Source: Thecamonas trahens ATCC 50062
Taxonomy: Eukaryota; Protista; Apusomonadida
Direction: 5' to 3'
DNA length: 64,000 bases
NCBI RefSeq assembly: GCF_000142905.1
Contig: NW_013657625.1
Location: forward strand, 159,690-223,689
The notes below the pieces were generated by a model that saw only the letters and a program-made list of their open reading frames with translations, was not told where the DNA came from and ran no database searches. Each line of letters starts with the position of its first letter. Position 1 is the first letter of the stretch. This document shows positions 33,086 to 44,324 of the stretch, piece after piece. The position numbers and the translations under genes were made by a program.

Positions 33086-35073
33086 ATGTCCGCGCCCTCC
33101 CTCGGAGCGTTCCTCGTCGTCTCTCGGGTGCACCTGATTCTGGTGGAAGTGGCCAGACTGGTGGCCATGGTCCTGGTCGAGCTGGTCGAGTCAGTCGAGG
33201 TGCGAGTACAGCTGGAAGGAACAGAGGCAGGGATGGTGATGGTGGTGATGGTGATGGTAGTGATGGTGATGGTGATGGTGATGATGATCGTCATCGTTGT
33301 CATGAAGATGCTGCTGCGGCTCATCGCGGCCGTCAACATCATTATGGTCATCATGATCAGGTGGCCGAGGACAAGTGGACCAAGAGAGAGCTCGTCTTGA
33401 CCTCGGATGGCGTGCTGTACATCTACATCTACGCATCGGCAAGAAAGAGGAGGAAGGCCAGAGCGGTGCTCGCAGCAGCAAGAGCAGACCTGGCTCTGCC
33501 GGAAGGGACAGCGGCGTTGGACGCAGAGAGCCCGCAGGCCACCACCCCACGCTCGCCAACATCCCCGATTAGCCAGGAACCAAATTCGGCCGAGGCAGGC
33601 CGTCAGAGGGCGCTGACCGCCGCAGGTGATGCGCCAAGTGTTGGTGTTGGCAGCGAGGCAAGCTTGCGTGGACGGTCACGGACTGCAAACGCATCCAGTG
33701 CCGGAAAAGACGCAAAGGCGGCGAGAAAGGCCGCAGCACGACGCCGCAAGATGGAAAAGGAGCGCGAGAAGAAGAAAGCCCGCTCAAAGTCAAAGGGCAA
33801 GGACACCACGGACTACGCCCGCCTCCTCGTTCCGCTTGCCGCCGTCGATCTCCAGTGGTACACCAACGTGTACGCCGACGCCTCGCTCAAGCGCAAGCAC
33901 GCGCTCTCCATCACCGGCAAGCTTGCGCCATATGCCATCGCGCTTCCGTCGCGGGTTGAGCTCGCCAAATGGCTCGGCGCCGTTGTTGGCTATCTCTCTG
34001 AGGATCTGGAGGGTGTCCACATTCCGCTCTCGCACCCGACGCTCGAGCGTCCGATGCGCGCGTCTCGCCGAGCGTCGCGCCTCTCTCTCTCTTCACTCCG
34101 CATCAAGCTGGAAGAGGAGCGGGCGCTGCTCAAGGCCCAGATGCAGACTCCACCCGGCGGCGCCGGCCAGCTCCTTCTTCCCCGTTCCGCTGCTGAAGCC
34201 ACCGCCGCCGCTGTTGCTGCCGAGGCCGCTGCCGCCCGCAAGCTCTCTGCTGCCGAGGCCGAGGCTGCCGCCCGAGCCGCCGCCATCGTTGATGCCGCCC
34301 GTAAGGAGGCTGCCGCCATCGTCGCCTCGGCAGAGACCGACGCGGAGGCCATGCTCATTTCGGCGCGCCACGAGGCCGATGGCATGATGCAGGCTAAGGT
34401 CAAGGAGGTCGCGGCCTACAAGTCTGCTGTTGTCGCCAAGCTCAAGGAGATCCGCCTCTTGCTCTCGCAGCAGCGCGAGAAGATTCTCAAGCGTGAGGGT
34501 GTCATCCGCGCCCATCATGCCAAGGAGCTTGCCGCCGTCAAGGAGGCACACGCCAAGGAGCTCGCAGCCGCTCGGGCTGCTAGTGCCGTAGCAGACCCTG
34601 CTGCCGACGATCAAGCACTGCTCTCAGACGCTGTCTTTGCCTCCCTGGCGGCTCAGATTGAGGCTGCCGCGGTCACTTCCCGCTCTGACACCATTGGCGA
34701 CGACTCGCTCCTTGTCCAAATGGAAGAGTACTTGGCTTCAGACCACGTTGTCGCCGCCACAAACCGGCTTCGCAAAACCTCGGCCCACGGCTCCGCCATC
34801 GAGCGCTCGCCCAGCAGCACGGCTTCGGCCTCGTCGTTGGACGCATCGGACGACGACGGCGATGCGCCGTCCTCTGCCACAGTTGCCGGCGTCACCGCCG
34901 ATGCCAACGAGCCGGTCTCTGACTCTGGCTCTGGCTCTGGCTCTGGCTCTGGCTCGGGTTCGAGCTCGGGTTCCGACTCGCGCTCTGACAGCAACGACAA
35001 CATCGATGACTTTGACTCGCTCCGCTCCTCACTCCGGCGCGACAAGATCCGCATCTCGGTTCAGCTGTCGTAG
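33086..35073 (+). CDS. Split PH-domain + coiled-coil protein; probable exons 33086-33127 and 33361-35073
   Basis: KWTKRELVLTSDGVLYIY ... KHALSITG...YAIALPSRVELAKWLGAV are PH motifs. The GGT/GAT-repeat region ending in CAG at 33360 looks intronic. First exon is tentative. Confidence 0.6.
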
Positions 35074-35330
35074 TCCTTGCACCACGGCTGTAGAGCTACA
35101 ATCACCCGAATCAGCTCTCGCAGTAAACCACCGTCCGGTTAGTGCCCAAGCGCCGCTCGAGAATCGTAGTAGCAGCTAGTTTGTCGGCCCGTGGCCAGGG
35201 TGAGGAAGAGTGAGGGTGCGATCGGCAAGCGGCCGCCAAATGGCCGTGCGAGTGACATTAGCCGGGATGGCATCACCTGTCGCCTTTCCGGATGGACGGA
35301 AGGCAGCAGGGGTGGAGGCCATACTTGGCA

Positions 35331-36353
35331 ATGAGATGCATTGTGTGCACAGTGGTCCTCTCTGCGGTTATGGGGATGGTACTGGGACAGTATGGCCCTG
35401 TGGAGCACGCTACGCCCGAGGTCATGGCAGAGCTCGGCGAGGTGGCGTGCTCGCTCGAGGTCGTCGACGCACAACTGATTCGTGGGCATGATTGGGGAGG
35501 CGACGAGCAAGTGGCTGACGCTGGAGCTGTGGCGAGTGAGCGAGAAAAGGCCTTTCGTCTCATCGATGCTGGGCGGCCGTTTATCGTGACCGGATTGGGC
35601 TTTGATGCTCCGTTCTGGGAGCTCCGCACCCTCGAGACCGCCTTCCCTCAGTGGTTCAACGACGAGGGCTACGTTCGCATCGCCAACGACGAAGCCATCA
35701 GTGCCGAGCTCAAGAAGCACTACGAGCAGCCAGTCTGGCTGGCGGATCTGGGAGACGGCTCGGTGGCGGACCTCGACATCGGATCAGAGTACCTCTTTAC
35801 GGGAAAGAGTGGCAAGATAACCCGCCGTCACATTGACGACGGCTGCTCTGCGGCGTTCTCGCTCCAGCTTCGCGGACACAAGATCTGGGATCTCGACTTT
35901 CCGCTCAACGCCACAGGTGAGGTCTACGCCGACGATGGTTCTGTTCTCGCGCCCGAGGAGGAGACGCTCGTCTCGTGCATCCTGTATCCGGGCGATGCCA
36001 TCGTCTTCTTTGCCGGCTGGCACCACGAGACGGTCATCCTCTCAGACGAAGACTCCGTCTCTGTCTCGTTTGACTTTACCGCGCCAACGCGCGGTGGGGC
36101 ACAGGCCTCGTTCTACGCAAAGCATGGCGAGGCGCTGCTCGGTACGCCGTACTACTGCGACTGCGTGGCCACCATGGATCCCGCCGCCATGGACGATGCT
36201 GCCAAGCTCGCCGACTATGACGCGCAGTGCGACTTTCTCAAGGCGCCGACCTTTGGCGGCAGCGCAGTTGCCGGCGACGATCGCGGCTCACTGCCGTGCA
36301 AGGAGGGCGAGTACTGCTGGCTCTGCCCGGCCGACGACGAGCTGCTTGACTGA
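35331..36353 (+). CDS. JmjC/cupin-fold Fe(II)/2OG oxygenase with signal peptide
   Basis: GRPFIVTG, HID, QLRGHKIW, LYPGDAIVFFAGWHHET, SVSVSF; hydrophobic N-terminus. Confidence 0.8.
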   Translation: MRCIVCTVVLSAVMGMVLGQYGPVEHATPEVMAELGEVACSLEVVDAQLIRGHDWGGDEQVADAGAVASEREKAFRLIDAGRPFIVTGLGFDAPFWELRTLETAFPQWFNDEGYVRIANDEAISAELKKHYEQPVWLADLGDGSVADLDIGSEYLFTGKSGKITRRHIDDGCSAAFSLQLRGHKIWDLDFPLNATGEVYADDGSVLAPEEETLVSCILYPGDAIVFFAGWHHETVILSDEDSVSVSFDFTAPTRGGAQASFYAKHGEALLGTPYYCDCVATMDPAAMDDAAKLADYDAQCDFLKAPTFGGSAVAGDDRGSLPCKEGEYCWLCPADDELLD

Positions 36354-36405
36354 CAGGTCCTGGCCGATAGCAACCTTGCTTTTACTCGCTCTTCCTTCGC
36401 AGCGA

Positions 36406-37466
36406 CTAAATGGTGTCGTAGGAGGTGGCGGTGCGGGCCGACTTGCCGCAAGAAAGACAAAGTTGAAGCCATCGAGGACGAGGCCGGGGAGCGAGCGCCA
36501 AAAGTCGACGTTGGGGATCATCTCCAGGCCGACGGCGCCGACGACGACGCGCTTGTAAACGCAGCCACCCACAAGGTAGACAAAGGCAAAGACGACCGCA
36601 ACAATGAGGAGGATGGTACCGCCGGACGGGCCCTTGTGCTTGGATGGCGAGCTCGGCGGGGCAGACGGGTTGTACGTCGTCGGGCAGTAGCCGAGCTTGT
36701 TCGACGAGAGGGTAAAGCGGTAGATGCAGTGCTCAGCCTCGCCATCAAACACGATCTTGGGCAGCTCGCCGGAGTGTTCCGGGTCGCAAAGGAGAGTGAT
36801 CTCGATGGTGCGGTTGACACCGGTGGAGCACGGGTCACCATTCTCGTAGGTCACCACCACCGACTTGTCCTCGAGCGGGCCATCAGTAATGGAGGTGTAT
36901 TGCAGCTGGCCCATGATCCGGTACTTCTCCGATCCCTCATCAACCCACGACTGGCAAGCAGCCGGTTGAGGGTTGGGTGTCAGCGAGTGACTCGACGGGC
37001 ACTTGTCCACAACGTTGCAGATCATAAAGGTCGCCGTGTACTCGGTGGCCGGCGGCGGCGGCGGACCGTTGTTGGCAGGCGGCGGCGGCGGCGATGGCTC
37101 GTTATACTTCCAGATAATCGGTGCTCTACACATATACACATCAATCTGTTTGTAAGTCTACCCTCTACCTCATCATCACTTTCATTCATCTCCATCCCTA
37201 CCCTATCTCTCCCACCACCTCGTCAAAGATGCCCTCCAGTTGGGGACAAAGATGCCGCCAAAGATGACACGCCGTGCGTCATGGCTGGGGGGGGGTATGG
37301 GAAGGACCACCACACACCACCCTCATACGGATACGTACTCGTTCTTAAGCTTGGAGAGCGGGAATGTGTACCCATTGCTGTTGACATATGTGTCACACTT
37401 GCCTCCGTACGCCACCTGGACGAGGAGCATGCCGAGAAGCGCGGCTGCCACAATGACCATGCGCAT
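36406..37466 (-). CDS. Mannose-6-phosphate receptor/ATG27-like type I membrane protein; exons 37466-37339 and 37125-36406 (-1 frame break ~36454)
   Basis: Signal peptide; MRH motifs (YENGDPC, R...ITLLCD, CIYRF); TM helix; GLEMIPNVDFWRSLPGLVLDGF; the -1 frame ends SCGKSARTATSYDTI* with a YxxPhi motif. Intron GTACGT...TGTAG. Confidence 0.85.
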
Positions 37467-37606
37467 GACGTTGATGGCGACGAGTCGTGGCTATGGGACG
37501 GCACCTTGATTATTTTGTTATGTCGTTTATCGTTGGGGGAGGGGGGTCGGTTTGAATTTAGGATTGGTCGATCCGATGGAGAGCAGATGTAGGGTGTGGG
37601 GGTACG

Positions 37607-37625
37607 TATGTGTGTGTGGGGGTAC

Positions 37626-37688
<63 letters not shown>
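37607..37688. repeat. (GT)n microsatellite
   Basis: Direct observation. Confidence 0.95.
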
Positions 37689-37689
<1 letters not shown>

Positions 37690-38040
37690 TGGTGTGATGT
37701 GTGAGGTGCGTGTGCTTGTGTGGCGTGGGAGTGGGTCCGTAGGTTGCAGTGAGGTTGATGATCAACTCCTGTTCAGTTCATCGTTGTGATCACACCAACT
37801 CCTCACATCCACGTCAACCATCACATCCAACGTCCAACCCACTCCACACCAATCCCGTTTTCAGATACCTCTCTCTGACCAGCCAATACGCTAGCGCCCT
37901 CGATATCGCGCAGTAGCCCGGCTTCCAAAGCGATCGATCGCTTGTGGCGGGTGGTGTGGTGACCAACTACGGCAAGGTCCATTAATCGTTCAACTCGTGC
38001 AGCTCGGCTGGCGCCACCCGACTCGATTCCGCTACGCGAC

Positions 38041-38510
38041 ATGGATCCGTCTGAGACTACCGAGACTGTGGACGTGGCCCCGCCTGCCCCCAAGAAGAAG
38101 CTCAAGTACGTACCCGCTATACCCAGCAAGGCCGCTCATGTGGTCATCTCGGTCTCTTATGTGCCATACGTCTTCTCCATGGCCTCGAACAGCTCGGCTG
38201 ACTATCGGTCCGAGGATGGCGGTCTATGATGGGCAGCGGCGAACAATGCCATCAATTGACACTTGTTGGAATCGCTGTGGCGATTCCCGGAGGCGCTGTT
38301 GCCTCATCGAGAGCACTCACAAGATTGATGGCGTGTGTGGTTTATGTGTGTGCGTGTGTGTGTGTGTGTGTGGTATGTAGGATCTGTTGTGCTTGCCCCG
38401 AGACCAAGAAGATCCGCGATCAGTGCCTCGTCAAGTTCAACGAGGACAAGTGCGCCGAGTACATCGAGGCCCACAAGATCTGCCTGCGTAAGGAGGGCTT
38501 CAACGTTTGA
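38041..38510 (+). CDS. COX17: Mitochondrial copper chaperone COX17; exons 38041-38105 and 38381-38510
   Basis: KKKLK|ICCACPETKKIRDQCLVKFNEDKCAEYIEAHKICLRKEGFNV twin CX9C pattern; intron GTACGT...TGTAG. Confidence 0.95.
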
Positions 38511-39111
38511 TCGGCGCTCAGGATCGACCTCGAGATGTGTAGCTCTGCCAATCTCCGCGCCGTCATGCCCTGCGCACGACGTTGACTCGGAGAGTTTGCC
38601 CGTGCTGCTCCGCGTCCCGGCTCTCGCGTCGTCACGGCGTCGGGCCGTGGGCTGCTTTGCTGGGCTGCAGCCGGATCTCCTTCTCCCCAGCCCCACACGC
38701 CAGCGTTTTGCTGCGTCCTCCAAATACACAAACGCTCTTCCCCCAGTTCGCCGACTGGGATCTTCCCCTCGCATCACCGTTGAACTCGAAACCGGCGGCT
38801 GGCTGCTCAAGATGATCCCCCGGGGTTGAAGCCGTGTGACGCCGGCGACCGTTCTAGGCTTCCAACACAAACGGGATCTTTGTTCCGCGAGAGGTACGCA
38901 TGTGGAGTTTGTGCTGCACATGATTGGGCGTGTGTGGCTTTGGATTCTCTTTTCTGTAACAAGTGCGCACTCTGTGCACTTTCTGCGCGTTTTTGCAGTA
39001 TGCAAAGTGTGACGGTCGTCAACAAAACGCAGCCGATTTCACGCATACCCACCAACCGACATCCTTAGCACACACCACACCGCAAAGCCTGAGAGCAAGT
39101 AAGAGCAAGAG

Positions 39112-40077
39112 ATGACTACCGCATCGAGCAAGATCGTTCCCCACTTCGTCGGAGAGTACAACGGAGTTCATGTCAAGACCAGCGAATGGCTTGCGGAGGA
39201 AGGCAACGGCGATGCGATTGTCGCTTGCCAGCAGTTGGCCGAAGTGACCAAGGAGTGGGACAGTGAGGGGTACAGTTCAGTGATGGTCAAGATCCCTGTT
39301 GAGCGGCTTGATGTGGCTGCTACCCTCTGCAGCGACTTTGGCTTTGCCTTCAACGGCGCCAACCGTGAGGTCTGCACTGTCTACAAGTGGCTGGACAAGT
39401 CCATGGCCGACGGTGTTCCACCCATGCCGCAGGCCTTGGCAGGCACAGTGGTCTTTGTTAGTCACGGCGATGACGTCGTTGTTATTCGCGAGGTCCGTGG
39501 CTACGGGCGGAACCACTGGTGCGTTCCTGGCGGCTCTATCGAGCTTGGCGAGGATCCGGCACAGGCTGCCGCTCGTGAGCTCGCCGAGGAGGTCGGCATC
39601 ACCGCCCATCCAGACGATCTGCAGCTCATTGCGCTCCGCACAGCACGTGGCAAGGCTGGGCCCGGCATCTTGCCTCCGGGCTACATGTCCATCTTCTTCC
39701 TTCCGCTCGATGCCAGTGCCGAGCGGCCTGTCCTCGTCCCGGGTCCCGGCGAGATCGCCGAGGCTCGCTGGGTCCCATTTGACGACTTTGTGGCCGACTA
39801 CATCGAGCCGCACCCAACCGAGTACGACAGCAACGGGCTCCCCGACATGAAGCCGACGCCGCCGACTTGGGCGGCCATCCATCACCTCGCCTCTGCTGCC
39901 AACGCGGCCTGGCGCGCCGGCGATACTCTGCTCGGCTTTGGCGCCATCCGCACGCCCATCTCGCTCGTCACCCGCGACACGCCCCGCGATGATCCGCGAT
40001 GGGCCAAGACACACACCGTCTTTGCCCCGCACTTTCTCCTCTCTCGCATCGTCGACCATCTACTCACCAAGCCGTAG
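39112..40077 (+). CDS. Nudix hydrolase (NUDT6-like)
   Basis: Nudix box GGSIELGEDPAQAAARELAEEVGI; N-terminal region resembling the NUDT6 pre-Nudix domain (VMVKIP...GFAF...YKWL). Confidence 0.85.
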   Translation: MTTASSKIVPHFVGEYNGVHVKTSEWLAEEGNGDAIVACQQLAEVTKEWDSEGYSSVMVKIPVERLDVAATLCSDFGFAFNGANREVCTVYKWLDKSMADGVPPMPQALAGTVVFVSHGDDVVVIREVRGYGRNHWCVPGGSIELGEDPAQAAARELAEEVGITAHPDDLQLIALRTARGKAGPGILPPGYMSIFFLPLDASAERPVLVPGPGEIAEARWVPFDDFVADYIEPHPTEYDSNGLPDMKPTPPTWAAIHHLASAANAAWRAGDTLLGFGAIRTPISLVTRDTPRDDPRWAKTHTVFAPHFLLSRIVDHLLTKP

Positions 40078-40660
40078 TACGCCCTGTCCCCGGACGACTC
40101 GCCCCACAATGAACCCCNNNNNNNNNNNNNNNNNNNNNNNNNNNNNNNNNNNNNNNNNNNNNNNNNNNNNNNNNNNNNNNNNNNNNNNNNNNNNNNNNNN
40201 NNNNNNNNNNNNNNNNNNNNNNNNNNNNNNNNNNNNNNNNNNNNNNNNNNNNNNNNNNNNNNNNNNNNNNNNNNNNNNNNNNNNNNNNNNNNNNNNNNNN
40301 NNNNNNNNNNNNNNNNCCAACTACCAATGCCGGCTGCCGCCAAGCGGCGACTCGACCCACACGCGCCGCCCCATCGCACGGCGGCATACCTCACTTTCGA
40401 ACTTTGTGTCGCACTCGCTTTTCGAACCTTTTGTCGAACGTCTCCATGTCGTCTTCTTTGAACGCGCCACTCTGTGGCCAGGGGATGATGAACCCGTCCT
40501 CCATGTTTATGCAGCCCGTCGAGGGCACCTTGTCCTTCCCGGAAAGCGTGACCAAATCGTGCTTTAAACCCTTCGTTTGACGAGCCTTCGCTGCTCTTCC
40601 CAGCTCTGGACAGTGGAACCTTCCATTCGAACGTTGCTCGTCCCTCTGGCACGGACTTCC

Positions 40661-40755
40661 TCTCGCTCCCACCCTCGCTCCCGCCCTCGCTCCCGCCCTC
40701 GCTCCCGCCCTCGCTCCCGCCCTCGCTCCAGCCCTTGCTCCTGCCCTCGCTCTCG
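40661..40755 (+). repeat. 12-bp repeat (CCCTCGCTCCCG)n
   Basis: About 6-7 copies; encodes PSLP in the HSF-like frame. Confidence 0.85.
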
Positions 40756-41706
40756 TCTTGCGCGACCCAGTCCCCGGTCGTGGACACGGCTCTCACTCCG
40801 CCTGCTGCACATGACTTTGCTTCGGATCTTCCTCTTGGCGACTTTGGCGTCCTCGACTTGGATGCTGCTGGCCTGGATGCGAGCCCTGTCATGGACCTGG
40901 GCATTCTGGGGCCGCTGCCGATGGAGCTGGAGACAGCGGCAGCTGCCATTCCCGCGCCGTCAGCCTTGCGCGAGGCAGAGTCCTCCCGGTCGCCGTCGCT
41001 CTCGCTCGACGAGGAGCATGGTGACGACCTCGCTGGTGAGAATGCCAACCCGTTTGCGAAGATGGCGTCGACGTCGGCGACAGTTGTGGCCCGCCATCCG
41101 ACAGATGGCCCTGCCTTTGTTGCCGCCGTCCGCAGCCTGCCGTTTCTCGTCCAGGTTTATGCTGCCGCCAGCCATCCCATGCTCTGCCCGGAGCTGCGCT
41201 TTGATGATGATGGCGTGCTCGAGCTGCACGAGCAGACGCCGCCCTCGGCGGTCTTCACCACACTCTTCACCCGGCACGACTCGTTCCGCCGCCGCTGCAA
41301 CGAGCATGGCTTTACCAAGCCCAAGGGTCGCTCGAGCCTTGTGCATGACAACTTCTCCGCCGACATCACCCCCGCCGACGAGCTTGCACTCTACCACCGC
41401 CAGCTCGCCCGCCGCGCCAAGCGCCGCAACCGCGCCCGCAATCGCGCTCGCTGCCGCGCTTCCACACCCTCGAGCCCAAACTCGGGCGAGATCCTTGCCC
41501 TGAATGACGGCTTTAACTCGCTCAAGCGCCGTTGCAGCGAGGTCGCCACCGGCATGGCCACCAAGCGTGCCCGCCTCCTTAACTTCAACGCCGCCACCGA
41601 CAAGTTGGCTGCCGACCTCGCCGCCCATCGCAAGAAGACTAACGCTCTCTTGGCGTCGGTCAATGCACTTGCAGCTGCAGTTCTCCCGCACCGTACCCTC
41701 GCCTAA
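40735..41706 (+). CDS. Divergent HSF-type DNA-binding protein with C-terminal coiled coil; start uncertain, possibly ATG 40446 via a +1 frame break
   Basis: FLVQVYAAASHP...DDDG...LFTRHDSFRRRCNEHGFTK...VHDNF resembles the HSF DBD pattern FL.KLY...P...DG...F.SFVRQLN.YGF.K...H..F. Confidence 0.55.
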   Translation: MLLPSLSSCATQSPVVDTALTPPAAHDFASDLPLGDFGVLDLDAAGLDASPVMDLGILGPLPMELETAAAAIPAPSALREAESSRSPSLSLDEEHGDDLAGENANPFAKMASTSATVVARHPTDGPAFVAAVRSLPFLVQVYAAASHPMLCPELRFDDDGVLELHEQTPPSAVFTTLFTRHDSFRRRCNEHGFTKPKGRSSLVHDNFSADITPADELALYHRQLARRAKRRNRARNRARCRASTPSSPNSGEILALNDGFNSLKRRCSEVATGMATKRARLLNFNAATDKLAADLAAHRKKTNALLASVNALAAAVLPHRTLA

Positions 41707-42290
41707 ACATCTTTTCCAGCCTCCGCTTCTTCCTCGAGCTCGGCGATGCGCGCCCGCAGCTCGTCCCGCAGCACCTGAGACGACAGCCGCTCCGAATCGA
41801 GCTCCTGCCTCAGCGCAGCAATGATCTCATCCCGGTCGATGCAGCTCTCGCACCCGCCCCTTCCTCCATCACCCCCACTAGCCTCAATCTGCTGGCGCAG
41901 CGCGTTGATGAGCTCTTCGCGCGAGGCACACTCGGCACACGGCGCCATCTTCGGTTCCGAGCCGGCATACCCTGCTCCAAACTCGACATCGGTCCACGCA
42001 ACAGACTCGATCGGCCCAACATCCCCATCTTTCATCGGCAAGCCTATAGCTGAGAAGTCCAGCTCTGTCTCTGCCCATTTCCCCGAATACGATGCATTGC
42101 TCAAGTTGGTCGTCGTCTCCAAGTACGCCCGCGGGATGGACGACGAAGCGAGGGCCGACTTGAGCGCGAGCTCGAGCGTACGAACTCGAGCGAGTAGACT
42201 CTGCCTCTCTTCGTCAGCTTGCTTCAATAGCTCGCGGCTTGCATTCCGGTATGCTCGCAACATGGCGTTCTCCTCGTCCAGCTTGCTCAT
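41703..42290 (-). CDS. Hypothetical coiled-coil protein with two CxxC motifs
   Basis: ATG at 42290; internal repeat CAECASREELINALRQQI / CESCIDRDEIIAALRQEL. Confidence 0.6.
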   Translation of the reverse strand: MSKLDEENAMLRAYRNASRELLKQADEERQSLLARVRTLELALKSALASSSIPRAYLETTTNLSNASYSGKWAETELDFSAIGLPMKDGDVGPIESVAWTDVEFGAGYAGSEPKMAPCAECASREELINALRQQIEASGGDGGRGGCESCIDRDEIIAALRQELDSERLSSQVLRDELRARIAELEEEAEAGKDV

Positions 42291-42558
42291 CTCGCCGCTC
42301 CGCCCGAACCCCCGTTGCGCCAACGGACTTTGGTCGAGTCGAGTCGAGTCGTCCTAACCAACCGACCGACCGCTCGCCCGACCCGTCGCCCGCGACCCAC
42401 TCGCCCGACCCGCCCGCGACCCGCTCGCGCCCCATCCTGATCAATCCCACCCACACTCCAGCATCTGCGCACTGGGGCGTGTTTTATCGAGTCACGACCG
42501 AGTCCCGCCCCTCGGTGGAAGGGCGCGTCCCAGGTGACAATCTGGGTGCGGTGCGATC

Positions 42559-44324
42559 TCACGATGAACCCGAGCCCGATCCTGAGCCCGAGCCGGAGCC
42601 CGAGCCCGAGCCCGAGCCGGAGCCCGAGTCCGTCGAGTAGACCTCGGCGTACGTGTACTCGTTATCAGAGACAGCGGCCGGGGCGGCAGCAGCGGCAGCG
42701 GACGAGCCGCCCTCGAGCGCCTGCTTGGCCTCGGACAGATCCCAGTGCGACCACATGCAGAGAAGCGAAGCGAACATGTTGATGGCGAGGGCGACGATCA
42801 TAAAGACATACCGCTCCTGGATGGTCTCGGAGAGGTTGCCGGTGTCCTTGGCCGCGCGCTCGCGGTAGCCGAGTGAGATGCCAATGATGGCGTTGGCCTG
42901 CGTGAACGCCGAGAGCGCAAAGGCAAAGAGAAGGAAGCCACGGTCGGCGGCAATGGTGGCGTACATGCCAACAACAAAGGCAAAGAGCAGGTAAAGCCGA
43001 TGACCCAGCCTTGGTCCTGCACGTTGCCCTCGGGCGTGTTGTTCGATGCGATGCCGGCGTGGGCAACGACGAGCGCGGCGCCGGCGGCCTGGAGCGCGAG
43101 GAACATGAACGACCGGATCTTGAGCGCCGAGAGCGGCGGGACGCGGCCAAAGATCGAGATGAACCGCTCACCCGAGCTGGGCGAGCTCTGCAGGATCTGC
43201 GACATCTGCTTGGCAGTCCACACAACAAAGAGGAGGACAACCGTGTGGATGAGGAGAAAGATCGACATGGTGAGGAGCAGCTCCTTCTGCATCTCGCAGT
43301 CGGCCACGTGCGCAGGATGCGCCGAGACAAACGAGCAAAAGTCCTGGCCTTTGGTGTTCGCCGGGCCAACGTCAAAGAGCGTAAAGACAAAGTACGTGGT
43401 CGAGAACGCGCCGCCGGCGAGAACCCCGGTCAGCGTCCCGCTCGCCAGCGAAAAGTGGACGATCGACCGCGAGCCCATGACCGTGCCCAAGATGAGGCTC
43501 AGGCCCGAGAGCATGGCCATAGCACCGGTGATGAGGTTCGACATCTCGGGCGTATAGAGCGACGCATTGGTGGTGAACGAGTCCTTCGGCTGCAGCAGGC
43601 CTGCGCAGATGATCGAGGCAAGGCCGAGCGCTGCAGCCAGTCCGCCGATGCCGAGCGCCACATGCTTGCCGCGCTCACGCGAGAGCGGCTCGGTAAAGTC
43701 GCCGCCGAGCACGCCGCCCGAGAGGATCTTAGGGTGAAGGGCGCCGTCAACAACCAGGTCGTCGATGGTCTCCTCCAGCCGGTCGAGCGCGTAGAGCGAG
43801 ATCGAGCACAGCACAATGAGCACGGCGTTGACCGTCCGGATGTCGTCGTTCGGGAAGCGGGTGTGGAGGAAGCCCGAGAGCGGAAGGAGCGCCCCGGCCG
43901 AGAGCATGAGGAGCGAGCGCGAGTCAAAGAACACTCCAGCCATACCGGTGCAGAACGCGATGGTACCAACCGCCACCGAGGCGATGGTCACGGCGTCGAC
44001 AGCCTGCGACGTCGGCTCAAACTCCTTCTCAAACGTGGGATCATTCTGAAGCAGAATAATGTCCACAGCTGCGGTGGCCACAGTGAGGAAGAGCGCGATG
44101 GCGGCCATAATCTTGAGCGTCCGCAGCGACATGTCCGGAAGGTCAAACATGATCTTCTCCTTGTCCACCAGCGCAAACCACGAATCATGAACATCGTCCG
44201 GCACAACATGCTTGTGCGTTGAGCCCGAAGAGCCACCCACTCCGCCGCCGTACTCGGATCCTTCCGCGCTGGCAAACGTGTACGAGTCGGCACTGCCACT
44301 CTTGCTCTCGCTTGAGTACGACAT
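42559..44324 (-). CDS. Multi-pass membrane protein of unknown family (-1 frame break ~42993)
   Basis: Roughly a dozen hydrophobic helices. The frame switches from VIGF to YLLFAFVVGMYATIAADRG, joining ORFs 42798-44324 and 42559-42966. Ends in a GS repeat. Confidence 0.7.

Noticed and set aside
36288-36405. Apparent coding overlap between the M6PR-like and JmjC genes
   Set aside because: It disappears once the -1 break at ~36454 is corrected (true stop at 36406).
40563-40569. TTTAAAC canonical -1 slippery heptamer
   Set aside because: Joining the upstream ATG frame to the HSF-like frame needs +1, not -1; a homopolymer overcall or chance is more likely.
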